Shown: positions 38,127-47,511, counted from the stretch's first letter. The stretch is 56,379 nucleotides of DNA from an uncultured Candidatus Saccharibacteria bacterium (GCA_964461985.1 CAYWWG010000001.1:1-56379), one strand, 5' to 3'. Translations and numbers: made by a program. The notes: a model not told the origin generated them from the sequence alone.

Positions 38127-38729
38127 ATGATAACAAAATCAAAGTATAAAATGTGTCGCCGTCTAGGCGTTGGACTATACGAAAAGTGTCAAACACCAAA
38201 ATTCGTAGCATCTGAAGCTAAACGTAAAAAAAGCGACAAAAAGCCTAAACAGCTTTCTGAATATGGAACACAAATGCTTGAAAAACAACGCGTTCGTTTT
38301 TCATATGGTATTTCTGAAAAACAACTTTCAAACTATGTTGACATAGCAACTACAACAAAAGGGGTTACAGCTACTGACAAGCTATACGAACTACTAGAAA
38401 CTCGTCTAGATAACGTTGTATACCGCCTTGGCCTAGCACATACACGTGCATTGGCTCGCCAAATGGTTGCTCATGGACACATTTTGGTTAATGGTAAAAA
38501 AGTCAAAATCGCATCACACCACATATCTGCAAAAGACGTAATTACTGTTCGTGATGGTAGTAAGTCAAGTCCGTTGTTTACTGATATTGCTGGAAAACTA
38601 AAGTCATACGCATGGCCTGCATGGTTGTCTTTCAATCTTGAAAAATTGGAAGCTACTGTTACTGGTGCCCCTAAGAACGTGGAAGGCTTTTTGAACTTTA
38701 ACACTGTGCTTGAATACTACAGTCGCTAA
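38127..38729 (+). CDS. rpsD: 30S ribosomal protein S4
   Basis: CRRLGV...LEKQRVRFSYGISEKQ...RLDNVVYRLGLA...HGHILVNGKKV. Confidence 0.97.
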   Translation: MITKSKYKMCRRLGVGLYEKCQTPKFVASEAKRKKSDKKPKQLSEYGTQMLEKQRVRFSYGISEKQLSNYVDIATTTKGVTATDKLYELLETRLDNVVYRLGLAHTRALARQMVAHGHILVNGKKVKIASHHISAKDVITVRDGSKSSPLFTDIAGKLKSYAWPAWLSFNLEKLEATVTGAPKNVEGFLNFNTVLEYYSR

Positions 38730-38770
38730 TTGGTTTCTCGTTATTTTATTAATTATAAAAACAAAATTTT

Positions 38771-39751
38771 ATGTTACATCACACAATAACTCTTCCATCA
38801 AAGCCACGCATCGTTTCAGACGATGGCGTTAAAGGTACTTTTGAAATCGACGCATTATACCCAGGCTACGGCTACACGTTGGGCAACTCTTTGCGCCGTA
38901 TCATACTGTCGTCACTACCAGGCGTTGCTATAACTTCGGTGAAAATCGATGGCGTGAGCCACGAATTTTCGGTAATCGAAGGTATAAAAGAAGACGTGAT
39001 AAACATTTTACTTAACCTACGCCAAGTACGTTTTGCTATGGATGGCGACGAACCTGTTGTTGCAACATTAGACGTAAAAGGCCCAGGTAAGATCACAGCA
39101 GCAGACATAAAAGTTCCTGGTCAAGCAACTTTGCAAAACAAAGATGCATATATCTGCGAACTAACAGGTAAAACAGCAGCTCTTTCAATGGAAATAACAT
39201 TAGAAAAAGGTATGGGCTTTTTACAAAAAGACCAACACCGCAAAGAAAAAGTTGAAATCGGTACTATCGCACTGGATGCATTGTTTACTCCGATTCGTAA
39301 CGTGAGTTACGATGTAGAAGACATGCGTGTTGGCGACAATACCAAATTTAACCGTCTTCGTATAAACATTGAAACTGATGGTTCTATAACACCAAAGACT
39401 GCTCTAGAAGAATCAGTAATGATAATGATAAAGCAATTAGAGGCAATTGTTGAATTCCAATCAAACCATACAGAAGCCCCTGCTACAAAAAAGTCTGAAG
39501 TTATAGAAGAATCAGAACCTGAAACAAAGTCAGCTGATAATGTGGACATGGCAGAAGTACTTAAAACACGCATCGACGCTATAGGACTATCTGCACGTAC
39601 ATTACACGCACTTACATCTGCAAACATCCGTACTGTCGGTGGTATTGCTAGAAAGAAATCAGACGACCTACTAGAAATAGAAGGCATCGGCGAAAAAGGC
39701 ATTTTAGAAATTAAAAAAATATTAGCAGATTACGGTATTAGCCTTAAGTAA
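38771..39751 (+). CDS. rpoA: DNA-directed RNA polymerase subunit alpha
   Basis: GYGYTLGNSLRRILLSSLPG NTD signature and the C-terminal LSARTLHAL...IGEKGILEI (alpha-CTD). Confidence 0.97.
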   Translation: MLHHTITLPSKPRIVSDDGVKGTFEIDALYPGYGYTLGNSLRRIILSSLPGVAITSVKIDGVSHEFSVIEGIKEDVINILLNLRQVRFAMDGDEPVVATLDVKGPGKITAADIKVPGQATLQNKDAYICELTGKTAALSMEITLEKGMGFLQKDQHRKEKVEIGTIALDALFTPIRNVSYDVEDMRVGDNTKFNRLRINIETDGSITPKTALEESVMIMIKQLEAIVEFQSNHTEAPATKKSEVIEESEPETKSADNVDMAEVLKTRIDAIGLSARTLHALTSANIRTVGGIARKKSDDLLEIEGIGEKGILEIKKILADYGISLK

Positions 39752-39772
39752 TCGAAAATATATTAAAAACTT

Positions 39773-40126
39773 ATGAGACACCATAATTCAGTTCGAAAAT
39801 TTGGACGAAATAAAAACCAGCGACGTGCGCTTATGGCCGGTCTTGCTACTTCTTTTGTTCGTCATGGACAAATAACAACAACCGCAGCCAAAGCCAAGGA
39901 ACTTCGTCCACTAGTCGAGAAATTGATAACAAAGGCAACTAACCCAACATTGGCAAACCGCCGTCTTATCATGGCTCGCTTAATGAACCAAGAACCAGAA
40001 ACAAACATACTTATAAATGATATTGCACCAAAATACATCGGTCGTACTGGTGGCTATACACGTATCATCAAACTACCTCAACGCAAGTCTGATGGTGCAC
40101 CTTTAGCTGTAATACAACTTGTATAA
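39773..40126 (+). CDS. rplQ: 50S ribosomal protein L17
   Basis: MRHHNSVRKFGRNKNQRRALMAGL...GGYTRIIKL. Confidence 0.95.
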   Translation: MRHHNSVRKFGRNKNQRRALMAGLATSFVRHGQITTTAAKAKELRPLVEKLITKATNPTLANRRLIMARLMNQEPETNILINDIAPKYIGRTGGYTRIIKLPQRKSDGAPLAVIQLV

Positions 40127-40130
40127 TTAT

Positions 40131-40484
40131 ATGGAACCAAAAACAACAACATTTGACGCAACAGGACAAAAACTAGGTCGCCTTGCAACACAAATTGCAA
40201 TGGAACTTGCTGGTAAAAACAGTCCTCATTACGTTAAAAACGAAGTACCAAATGTGCGTGTAATAGTTACAAATGCATCTAAACTTTCAATACAACCTAA
40301 AAAGCTTACAGAAAAAGAATACGAACGCTATTCTGGCTACCCAGGTGGTTTCAAAGTAGATAGTTTAGAAAAGTTGATTGCTAAAAAAGGTTACGGCGAA
40401 GCTATCAAGCTTGCTGTATACGGCATGCTTCCGATCAACAAATTACGGTCGAAAATTATACTAAACCTTACAACGACAGAATAA
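40131..40484 (+). CDS. rplM: 50S ribosomal protein L13 (short form)
   Basis: DATGQKLGRLATQIAMELAGKN...YERYSGYPGG. The start is at ATG 40131; the ORF track begins at TTG 40119, overlapping the rplQ stop. Confidence 0.9.
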   Translation: MEPKTTTFDATGQKLGRLATQIAMELAGKNSPHYVKNEVPNVRVIVTNASKLSIQPKKLTEKEYERYSGYPGGFKVDSLEKLIAKKGYGEAIKLAVYGMLPINKLRSKIILNLTTTE

Positions 40485-40488
40485 TTTT

Positions 40489-40893
40489 ATGGCTACAAAA
40501 ACACAAACATACATTCGCGCTATCGGCCGACGTAAAACATCTACCGCTATCGTACACATGACACCAAAAGGCAAGGGAACATGTACAGTTAATGGTAAAG
40601 AAATGAAGGAATACTTCATGACTCCAGACTTAGCTTCAATACCTTTGTCACCATTTAAAGAAGGCTCTGTAGAAAACCTATATGACCTATCTGTAACAGT
40701 AAAAGGCGGTGGAATACATTCACAAGCTGAAGCTGTACGCCACGCTATAACTCGTGCTTTAGTTAAAGAAACTGAAGAACTACGTGTTCCATTGAAAAAG
40801 GCAGGTCTACTAAAACGTGACCCACGTGCTAAGGAACGCCGTAAATTCGGTCTTAAGAAGGCTCGTAAAGCTCCAACCTGGTCAAAACGTTAA
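40489..40893 (+). CDS. rpsI: 30S ribosomal protein S9
   Basis: GRRKTSTAIVHM...VKGGGIHSQAEAVRHAITRAL...RDPRAKERRKFGLKKARKAPTWSKR. Confidence 0.96.
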   Translation: MATKTQTYIRAIGRRKTSTAIVHMTPKGKGTCTVNGKEMKEYFMTPDLASIPLSPFKEGSVENLYDLSVTVKGGGIHSQAEAVRHAITRALVKETEELRVPLKKAGLLKRDPRAKERRKFGLKKARKAPTWSKR

Positions 40894-40991
40894 TCGTTAC
40901 GACATATATAAAAACTCCACATTCGTGGTGTTTTTATATTTGACAACCAATAGACATGGTGTAGTATACAAATAAAATAACACCATAAATT

Positions 40992-41420
40992 ATGCTAAAA
41001 GATTTCACTGAAAATGACGAGAAACGACTCAATATACTTAGTTGTTTCGGACTACCTGCATACATACCTGATCCAGAACGTACGATGTTTAGTTTTGAAA
41101 AAGCATTGTATTGGGGCAGGGAAAAACAACCAATAAAAAAAGCTTGGTCGGTTGATACAGAGGATATTTTTCCAAATGCAATAAATGTTTTTTCAATGAG
41201 AAAAAATTTGTGTGAAACAGGAACCGGAATTACTCCTTTTGAGGCATACGAAAACTCAATTTTACGAATGCACAAGAGAAGACAAAAAAGGGGTGCTGAT
41301 TTTATTCTACTTATTGATGGATGTTTAATTAAAAATGGGGCTAACTACTACTACACATTACATGCCAAAGTGTTCAAGGTGAATCAACAAGTAGAAGCAG
41401 ACCGGAAAAATAAAAAATGA
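40992..41420 (+). CDS. hypothetical protein (142 aa)
   Basis: Intact ORF with a TTGACA-16-TAGTAT promoter at ~40941-40968 and a terminator (aaccctgct...agcaggggtt) after the stop. Confidence 0.55.
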   Translation: MLKDFTENDEKRLNILSCFGLPAYIPDPERTMFSFEKALYWGREKQPIKKAWSVDTEDIFPNAINVFSMRKNLCETGTGITPFEAYENSILRMHKRRQKRGADFILLIDGCLIKNGANYYYTLHAKVFKVNQQVEADRKNKK

Positions 41421-41515
41421 TTTCTTTGATTTACAGAAACAAATTAGAAAAATCCAACCCTGCTGAAAAGCAGGGGTTTTTATTGTATTGAATTAAAATG
41501 GGTAATTTGGCATGT

Positions 41516-41559
41516 CCCCACACCTACTTTTTGCAAAAAAATAGGTGTGGGGGTATAAT
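41516..41559 (+). promoter_or_regulatory. Near-perfect 37-bp palindrome abutting the grpE -10 (candidate operator) plus TATAAT
   Basis: ccccacaccta (41516-41526) is the exact reverse complement of taggtgtgggg (41542-41552), and the inner ttttt-gc-aaaaa is also symmetric. tataat is at 41554-41559 and the grpE ATG at 41568. Confidence 0.6.
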
Positions 41560-41567
41560 GCCGACAT

Positions 41568-42287
41568 ATGAATACTGAAGAAGAAATAATTCAAGATGAA
41601 ATAGAGGAATTAAAAGAAGTGGCAGAGTTTGCTACTGAGCCTTTTTCTGCAAAGCCCGGGTCAGATGAACCGACTGAAGAATATAACGAAAAGAACGACA
41701 TCTTTGAAAAAACTGAACCATTAGAAGATGAAGAAGACTTTTCATTTGTCGAATCTGACGAAGACGGTAATGCATTACCTGCCAAAGATGTGGCTAAAAA
41801 ACTTCGTGCTGAAATAAAAAAACTTCGTGCTGAACGCGACGAATACCTTACTGGTTGGCAACGCAGTAAAGCTGACTATGTAAACTTACAAAAAAGTGAG
41901 GAACAAAAACGTAAAGACCTACGTGCATACATAACTACTGGTTTAGTAGAAGACATGTTACCGGCATTAGATAGTTTCGATATGGCAATGGGCAACAAGG
42001 AGGCTTGGGAAAAAGTTGATGCTAACTGGCGCATGGGTATAGAATACATCCAACAACAACTACTAAAGGCACTGTCTGACTACGGCGTAGAAAAAGTAGG
42101 TAAAGCTGATGAGACTTTTGACCCAAATCTACACGAAGCCATCGAAAATATTTTAACTGACGACAGTAGTAAAGACCACACTATAGCAAGTGTTATACAG
42201 TCCGGCTACCGTATGGGTGACAAAGTCATCCGCCCAGCCCGCGTACATGTCTGGACAAAAAAAATAGATATTGCTATAATACAATAG
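41568..42287 (+). CDS. grpE: nucleotide exchange factor GrpE
   Basis: Acidic N-terminus, coiled coil, then WQRSKADYVNLQK ... FDPNLHEAI ... GYRMGDKVIRPARVHV. Confidence 0.93.
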   Translation: MNTEEEIIQDEIEELKEVAEFATEPFSAKPGSDEPTEEYNEKNDIFEKTEPLEDEEDFSFVESDEDGNALPAKDVAKKLRAEIKKLRAERDEYLTGWQRSKADYVNLQKSEEQKRKDLRAYITTGLVEDMLPALDSFDMAMGNKEAWEKVDANWRMGIEYIQQQLLKALSDYGVEKVGKADETFDPNLHEAIENILTDDSSKDHTIASVIQSGYRMGDKVIRPARVHVWTKKIDIAIIQ

Positions 42288-42411
42288 ACAATGTTCATAA
42301 CTGAAATTTAAAGGTTGAAAAAGGGGAGGTTGTTCGCAACCAACCCCTTTTTTTTAATTGCTTATTTTAAAAAATGTGTTACATTTAATTAAATTTTAAA
42401 AGTCGCATATT

Positions 42412-42651
42412 ATGAAAAACGATCAGCGTGATGAGACTAGAGTACATTATGTATTTAACTCCAAAAGGTTTGTGAAGTTAATTGTTTTAACTACATTCTT
42501 GGTATTATTTTTTGGAATTTTAGGATTAATCCTGAAAGATACAAAGTGCTTAATACCTATAATTTGTATTGAGGCATATCTTATAACCCACGGAACAAAT
42601 GACCCTTACGACAAAAACGATGATGGTTGGTTTAAGGAAGTTTTTATCTAA
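42412..42651 (+). CDS. small hypothetical membrane protein (79 aa)
   Basis: ORF with two TM segments and a terminator hairpin downstream. Confidence 0.5.
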   Translation: MKNDQRDETRVHYVFNSKRFVKLIVLTTFLVLFFGILGLILKDTKCLIPIICIEAYLITHGTNDPYDKNDDGWFKEVFI

Positions 42652-42743
42652 TTCCTTTCCAGAACAAAATGGGTAACCGCAAGGTGGCCCATTTTTTTAT
42701 TCTAAAATTTAATTCGATCGGACTATTTCTTGATCTGATATAT

Positions 42744-43379
42744 TTATTTCATAAAAACTTCGAACAGGTATTTTCGAGTGTCTTCGTCGATGGTGTCAGT
42801 AACTAATACCATTAGTTCGGTATTTAAACCCAAATCTTTCTTAATGTTAATAAACAAATGTTCTAGCGGGTAGGGCGAGACCCATGCACTGTTTTTCAAG
42901 CAAACAAAACCAGCCTTTTTAAGTAAGTAACGCAAACTCTCGCGTTCATTTTTACGACTTTCTGGTAGATCAAGCAAAACCACACGCCATTGTCTGTCCC
43001 ATGTTGCTGGTACTATAACCGTGTCATCGTCCAGTTTTAACGACATTAGTTTTTGTTTACCTTCTCGAGTTAGACGAACATAGTCCATATTGTCCGACTG
43101 TAGCGACTCTAGCATACCAGCATCTGTTAGATTCTTTACAGCACGGGTAACTGCATATTCTGCTTTATTACCTTGTGGTGAGTCTATCGAACCATCGGCT
43201 TTATTTGGCCCTTTATTGGCCTCTAAGGCACTCTTTATCTGGTTTTTAAGACTTAGTAGGTCGTAGACTTTTTTGTCGCCTAAAGCCTTTAAAATAGCCT
43301 TTGAAATAGGAGATTTTTTTCCGTTTCCGCCAGCTGGCGGATGGCTAATATTAGGAATTTTCGATTCGCTTTTTGACAT
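42744..43379 (-). CDS. PaaX-like winged-helix regulator with a C-terminal Cas2/VapD-fold-like domain
   Basis: N-terminal wHTH-like ILKALGDKKVYDLLSL...AVTRAVKNLTDAGMLE. The C-terminal WDRQWRVVLLDLPESRKNERESLRYLLKKAGFVCLKNSAWVSPYP is typical of the PaaX C-terminal-type domain. Confidence 0.7.
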   Translation of the reverse strand: MSKSESKIPNISHPPAGGNGKKSPISKAILKALGDKKVYDLLSLKNQIKSALEANKGPNKADGSIDSPQGNKAEYAVTRAVKNLTDAGMLESLQSDNMDYVRLTREGKQKLMSLKLDDDTVIVPATWDRQWRVVLLDLPESRKNERESLRYLLKKAGFVCLKNSAWVSPYPLEHLFINIKKDLGLNTELMVLVTDTIDEDTRKYLFEVFMK

Positions 43380-43471
43380 ACTCCAATATTATCATGTATA
43401 TTATATTTTACAAGTCTTTTGCGGTCGCTAAATACTTGTCAAAAATAAAAGGTGGGTATATAATATGCCTC

Positions 43472-43744
43472 ATGGAATACATAAAAATAAAATGGATTCA
43501 TGAATCAAAAGATTTTCCGATTGACCTTTATTCTGAAATAGATAGCGATAGGTTTGAAGTTAGAAAAGTAGAAGTATTTCCTGACGGATCTCTAGGTTAC
43601 GCAGATGCAAAAGATTCTTCTAAAGATACAAAGTTAGGAGATGTTGCAATGCCTCCTTTAGATAAATTAAATAGTGATCCGGAATTTAAAGCTTCTGTTA
43701 TAAGTAAAGATGAATTTGAAGAAATATGGTTAAAAGCCAAATAG
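43472..43744 (+). CDS. hypothetical protein (90 aa)
   Basis: The start is placed at MEYIKIKWIHE, 7 nt after tataat (43459-43464). The ORF track extends upstream across the promoter. Confidence 0.55.
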   Translation: MEYIKIKWIHESKDFPIDLYSEIDSDRFEVRKVEVFPDGSLGYADAKDSSKDTKLGDVAMPPLDKLNSDPEFKASVISKDEFEEIWLKAK

Positions 43745-43790
43745 TGAATAAGATATTTAAATAAATTATTAATTTAATCAAATATATAAT

Positions 43791-45680
43791 ATGAGTAAAA
43801 TAATTGGAATAGACTTAGGAACAACAAACAGTGCGGTGGCCATTATCGAAGGTGGTCAACCAAAAATAATAGAAAACATAGAAGGTGCACGAACAACACC
43901 GTCTATTGTTGCTATTGGCAAAAACGGAGACCGTTTAGTAGGTTTACTTGCTAAACGTCAAGCGGTAACAAACCCTGAAAACACCATTTATGGTATTAAA
44001 CGTTTTATGGGCCACCGTTTTGCCGACCCTGAAATACAAAAAGTAAAAGACACATTACCATTTAAAATCCAAGCTGGAACAGATGGTGGTGTTGAAGTTA
44101 AAATTGGTAATGAATGGAAGCGCCCAGAAGAAGTTTCTGCAATGATCTTGGCTAAAATAAAAGCCGACGTAGAAGCAAAGCTTGGCGAAAAAATTACTGA
44201 AGCCATAATAACCGTACCAGCATACTTTAACGATGCACAACGTAAAGCAACTAAAGACGCAGGTGCCATTGCCGGCCTTGATGTAAAACGTATTATTAAC
44301 GAACCTACAGCCGCAGCATTAGCATACGGATTTAATACTAAGAAAGAAGAAAAGATAGTCGTTTACGACTTTGGTGGCGGTACATTCGACGTGTCAGTAC
44401 TTGAAGTTTCTGGTGACGTTATAGAAGTTAAGTCTACAGACGGCGACAGCCACATGGGTGGACGCGACATTGACCAGAAAATAATTGACTGGATCGCAGC
44501 TGAATTTAAGAAAACAGAAGGTATAGATATAACAAAAGATGCGTTGGCACTACAGCGCTTAGACGAAGCTGCTGAAAAAGCAAAAATCGAACTTTCTACA
44601 ACAATGGAAACTGAAATAAATATTCCGTTTATTTCTTCAGGTGCAGAAGGCCCTAAACACTTGTTAATGAAAATGTCACGTGCAACATTAGAGTCTTTGG
44701 CTAAATCTTATGTAGACCAGTCTATTGCCATAACAAAACGCGCAATGGAAGCAAGTCCATTTAAAATGTCTGAAATAAACGAAATCATCTTAGTTGGTGG
44801 ACAAACACGTATGCCACTTATTATCGAAGAAGTTAAAAAACTATTCGGTGGTAAAGAACCAAACCGCACCATTAACCCAGACGAAGTTGTAGCCCTAGGT
44901 GCTGCAGTGCAAGCTGGTGTGTTACAAGGTGACGTAAAGGATGTTCTATTGTTGGATGTTATACCTTTGTCACTTGGTATCGAAACATTAGGAGGCGTTG
45001 CAACAAAACTTGTAGAACGCAACACGACTATACCTACATCTCGTTCTCAAGTTTTCTCAACAGCAGCCGACAACCAAACCAGTGTTGAAATACACATCGT
45101 TCAAGGTGAACGCCAAATGGCAACTGACAACAAAAGTCTTGGCCGTTTCGTATTAGAAGGTATACCACCAGCACCACGCGGTATGCCACAAGTTGAAGTG
45201 TCTTTTGATGTAGACGCCAACGGTATACTTAATGTTAAAGCAAAAGAAAAGACAAGTGGCAAAGAACAGTCTATACGCATCGAAGCTTCTTCTGGCCTAA
45301 CCGACGCCGATATTAAACGTATGCAAGAAGATGCAGAGAAATACGCCAAGGAAGACGCAGAGAAAAAAGAATTAGTAGATATGAAGAACACCGCTGAAAT
45401 GACAATATACTCTGCTGAAAAAGCTGTGAAGGATGCTGAAGGTAAAGTAAAACCAGAAACCGTAACTGGTGTTAATGAAAAGATTACAGCATTACGCGCA
45501 GTAAAGGATGGCACAGACATGTCTGCAATCAAAACTGCAACCGAAAACCTTTCTACAGAAATGTCTAAAATTGGTGAAGAAATGATGAAGGCCGGCCAAG
45601 AACAAAACGCAAACCCAACTCCTGAAACACAGGCAGAAGAAATTCATGAAGCGGAAGTAAAAGAAGAAGGAAAAGAATAA
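43791..45680 (+). CDS. dnaK: molecular chaperone DnaK (Hsp70)
   Basis: [20 protein letters not shown]-type ([12 protein letters not shown]) and VGGQTRMP motifs; full-length Hsp70. Confidence 0.98.
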   Translation: MSKIIGIDLGTTNSAVAIIEGGQPKIIENIEGARTTPSIVAIGKNGDRLVGLLAKRQAVTNPENTIYGIKRFMGHRFADPEIQKVKDTLPFKIQAGTDGGVEVKIGNEWKRPEEVSAMILAKIKADVEAKLGEKITEAIITVPAYFNDAQRKATKDAGAIAGLDVKRIINEPTAAALAYGFNTKKEEKIVVYDFGGGTFDVSVLEVSGDVIEVKSTDGDSHMGGRDIDQKIIDWIAAEFKKTEGIDITKDALALQRLDEAAEKAKIELSTTMETEINIPFISSGAEGPKHLLMKMSRATLESLAKSYVDQSIAITKRAMEASPFKMSEINEIILVGGQTRMPLIIEEVKKLFGGKEPNRTINPDEVVALGAAVQAGVLQGDVKDVLLLDVIPLSLGIETLGGVATKLVERNTTIPTSRSQVFSTAADNQTSVEIHIVQGERQMATDNKSLGRFVLEGIPPAPRGMPQVEVSFDVDANGILNVKAKEKTSGKEQSIRIEASSGLTDADIKRMQEDAEKYAKEDAEKKELVDMKNTAEMTIYSAEKAVKDAEGKVKPETVTGVNEKITALRAVKDGTDMSAIKTATENLSTEMSKIGEEMMKAGQEQNANPTPETQAEEIHEAEVKEEGKE

Positions 45681-45691
45681 ATAGACGCGAC

Positions 45692-45823
45692 AAGGAATAG
45701 CTCCCTGCGGGACAAGACAAAAAAGAATAGTCCCGGAGCACTGCCTGACGCAGGCCGACCGGGCCGAGTCGACTAAATTTTCAGCAGAAAATTATAGGTA
45801 GCAGTGCGATGGGAGCTATTCTT
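45692..45823 (+). ncRNA. GC-rich multi-helix element in the dnaK-dnaJ spacer (unassigned structured RNA candidate)
   Basis: Nested exact complements: gaatagctccc 45695-45705 / gggagctattc 45811-45821; gggac 45709-13 / gtccc 45730-34; gcactgc 45738-44 / gcagtgc 45801-07; cgac 45756-59 / gtcg 45768-71; aattttc 45776-82 / gaaaatt 45787-93. Confidence 0.45.
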
Positions 45824-45853
45824 TGTAGTCTAAACATACTATACTTAAAATTT

Positions 45854-46936
45854 ATGGCCAAAGATTATTACAAAACATTAGGCGTTGATAAGGGGGCAAA
45901 TAAAGACCAAATCAAAAAAGCCTTTCATAAACTTGCACATCAATACCACCCTGACAAAAACAAGGGTGATGATACCAAGTTCAAAGAAATCAACGAAGCA
46001 TACCAAACACTATCAGACGACACTAAACGTGCTCAATACGACCAGTTTGGTGCCGATGGTCCACAGTTCGGTGGACAGGGCGGGCAAGGCTTCGGTGGTG
46101 GCTTTGGTGGTTTTGACTTTAGCGGTTTCCAACAACAAAGTGGTAACTTTGACATGGGCGACTTGGGCGACATTTTTGGTGAATTCTTTGGTAGTGGCGG
46201 TCGCAGTAGAGAAAAACGTGGTTCAGACCTTCAGATGTCTATGCACCTAACATTCAAAGAAGCTTTGTTTGGTGTCGAGAAAAAAGTGCACATTACACGC
46301 ACAGCCGAATGTAACACATGTCATGGCAGTGGCGGTAAACCTGGCACAGCTAAAAAAACTTGTACCACATGTAAAGGTAGCGGCCAAGTTATAGAAACAC
46401 GTCGTTCGTTTATGGGTACATTCCAAACTAAATCTACATGTAATATGTGTCATGGCGTGGGTAAAGTACCAGAGGAACCTTGCACCACATGTAAAGGCAC
46501 CGGTGTACACAGACATAGCGAAGAAATAAATATAAACATACCAGCTGGTATAGAACATGGGCAAACAGTGTGCATGTCTGGATATGGCGACGCAATTAGT
46601 GGCGGTAAAACTGGCGACTTGTACATACAGATTACCGTTACCGCTGATAAGAACTTCCGACGTGAAGGTGCAAACCTGGCCACAACCATTCATATTCCAT
46701 TGACCGACGCATTGTTAGGTACAAACTACAAAATAGACACCTACGACGGCCCAATAGAAATAAGAATACCTGAAGGTATACCGCATGGCGACATACTACG
46801 TGTTAGGGGCAAGGGCGTGCCAACAGCACACCGTGGCCGCGGCGACTTACTGGTAACTGTAAAAATCAACTTCCCAAAGTCGTTATCTAAAAAACAAAAG
46901 GCATTGGTGGTAGAATTAAAGGCAGAAGGCTTGTAG
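45854..46936 (+). CDS. dnaJ: molecular chaperone DnaJ (type I)
   Basis: J-domain KDYYKTLGV...YHPDKN, a G/F region, and four CxxCxGxG zinc-finger repeats. The start is at MAKDYY; the ORF track's 45809 start lies inside the structured spacer. Confidence 0.96.
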   Translation: MAKDYYKTLGVDKGANKDQIKKAFHKLAHQYHPDKNKGDDTKFKEINEAYQTLSDDTKRAQYDQFGADGPQFGGQGGQGFGGGFGGFDFSGFQQQSGNFDMGDLGDIFGEFFGSGGRSREKRGSDLQMSMHLTFKEALFGVEKKVHITRTAECNTCHGSGGKPGTAKKTCTTCKGSGQVIETRRSFMGTFQTKSTCNMCHGVGKVPEEPCTTCKGTGVHRHSEEININIPAGIEHGQTVCMSGYGDAISGGKTGDLYIQITVTADKNFRREGANLATTIHIPLTDALLGTNYKIDTYDGPIEIRIPEGIPHGDILRVRGKGVPTAHRGRGDLLVTVKINFPKSLSKKQKALVVELKAEGL

Positions 46937-46941
46937 AAATA

Positions 46942-46970
46942 AAAAGACCGAATGATATATTCGGTCTTTT
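46942..46970 (+). terminator. intrinsic terminator of dnaJ
   Basis: aaaagaccgaa pairs with ttcggtctttt, with a T-run. Confidence 0.75.
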
Positions 46971-46979
46971 TATTTTACC

Positions 46980-47015
46980 TGTGGATAACCCAGGTGTTCA
47001 GCACCTGGGAATTTT
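46980..47015 (+). repeat. 36-nt direct repeat, copy 1 (DnaA-box-like 9-mer + GC hairpin + T-run)
   Basis: tgtggataacccaggtgttcagcacctgggaatttt is identical to 47563-47598. It contains the hairpin cccaggtg-ttcag-cacctggg (46989-47009). Confidence 0.9.
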
Positions 47016-47100
47016 ATGTCCAAATATTGACATTATTAATATAACAATATAGTATTTTACATAACTAAATAGATCTAATAACAATTAAATAGACATTAAA

Positions 47101-47511
47101 ATGCCAGCAAATAAAATTACATTACACCCGTTACTTTTCGATGATTTTAATTTTATCAACGAATACGGCATAGTTTTGAAAGACTACTTGAATCTTGAGG
47201 TTGAGGATTCAAAGGTTGGTTTTGGTAATGCAAAAATACCTAAAGACTTAAATTACGAAAAATTAACTGTGTCAAGAAACACAGACACAACATATCTACA
47301 AATGACAGATGACATCTTTAAAGTGGCAAAAAGATATTTCGATCAATTTGCTGAAAAATATTTACCGAAAAATGATGCCGAGATAGTCATAAAAACAAAT
47401 ACTTTTTTTGAAATCAGAGCATTACCTCCTCCGTATTGGGACTATATCATAATCCTAAAAAATGATGCTCAATGGATCAAAATGATTTTTGGAATAAAGG
47501 ATATTTTCTAA
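47101..47511 (+). CDS. hypothetical protein (136 aa) in a repeat-bracketed module
   Basis: Intact ORF with its own TTGACA...TATAGT promoter (47027-47055) and terminator (47523-47553), flanked by the 36-nt direct repeats. Confidence 0.6.
   Translation: MPANKITLHPLLFDDFNFINEYGIVLKDYLNLEVEDSKVGFGNAKIPKDLNYEKLTVSRNTDTTYLQMTDDIFKVAKRYFDQFAEKYLPKNDAEIVIKTNTFFEIRALPPPYWDYIIILKNDAQWIKMIFGIKDIF

Noticed and set aside
40934-41275. 113-aa minus-strand ORF overlapping ORF 40992-41420
   Set aside because: The plus-strand ORF has a consensus promoter upstream and a terminator downstream. The minus ORF would run into the rpsI terminator region with no signals.
45744-45775. Hammerhead-type ribozyme core (ctgacgc... 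resembling CUGANGA)
   Set aside because: The conserved CUGANGA and GAAA boxes are not both present in the required geometry, and the last position of the first box is C rather than A.
45737-45807. CIRCE (HrcA operator) in the dnaK-dnaJ spacer, suggested by gagcactgc ... gcagtgcg
   Set aside because: CIRCE is TTAGCACTC-N9-GAGTGCTAA. Here the arms are ~56 nt apart, lack the TTA/TAA ends, and are better explained as one helix of a larger RNA fold.
45809-45853. Upstream ATG (45809) as the dnaJ start
   Set aside because: The extra 15 codons (MGAILCSLNILYLKF) lie inside the structured GC-rich spacer and are not part of any J-domain. The conserved J-domain begins at MAKDYYKTLGV (45854).
43988-46693. 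Antisense or alternate-frame ORFs within dnaK and dnaJ (for example 44708-45025, 45101-45532, 45885-46250, 46247-46693)
   Set aside because: They are shadow ORFs of highly conserved chaperone genes, with no independent promoter or RBS and biased, repetitive composition.
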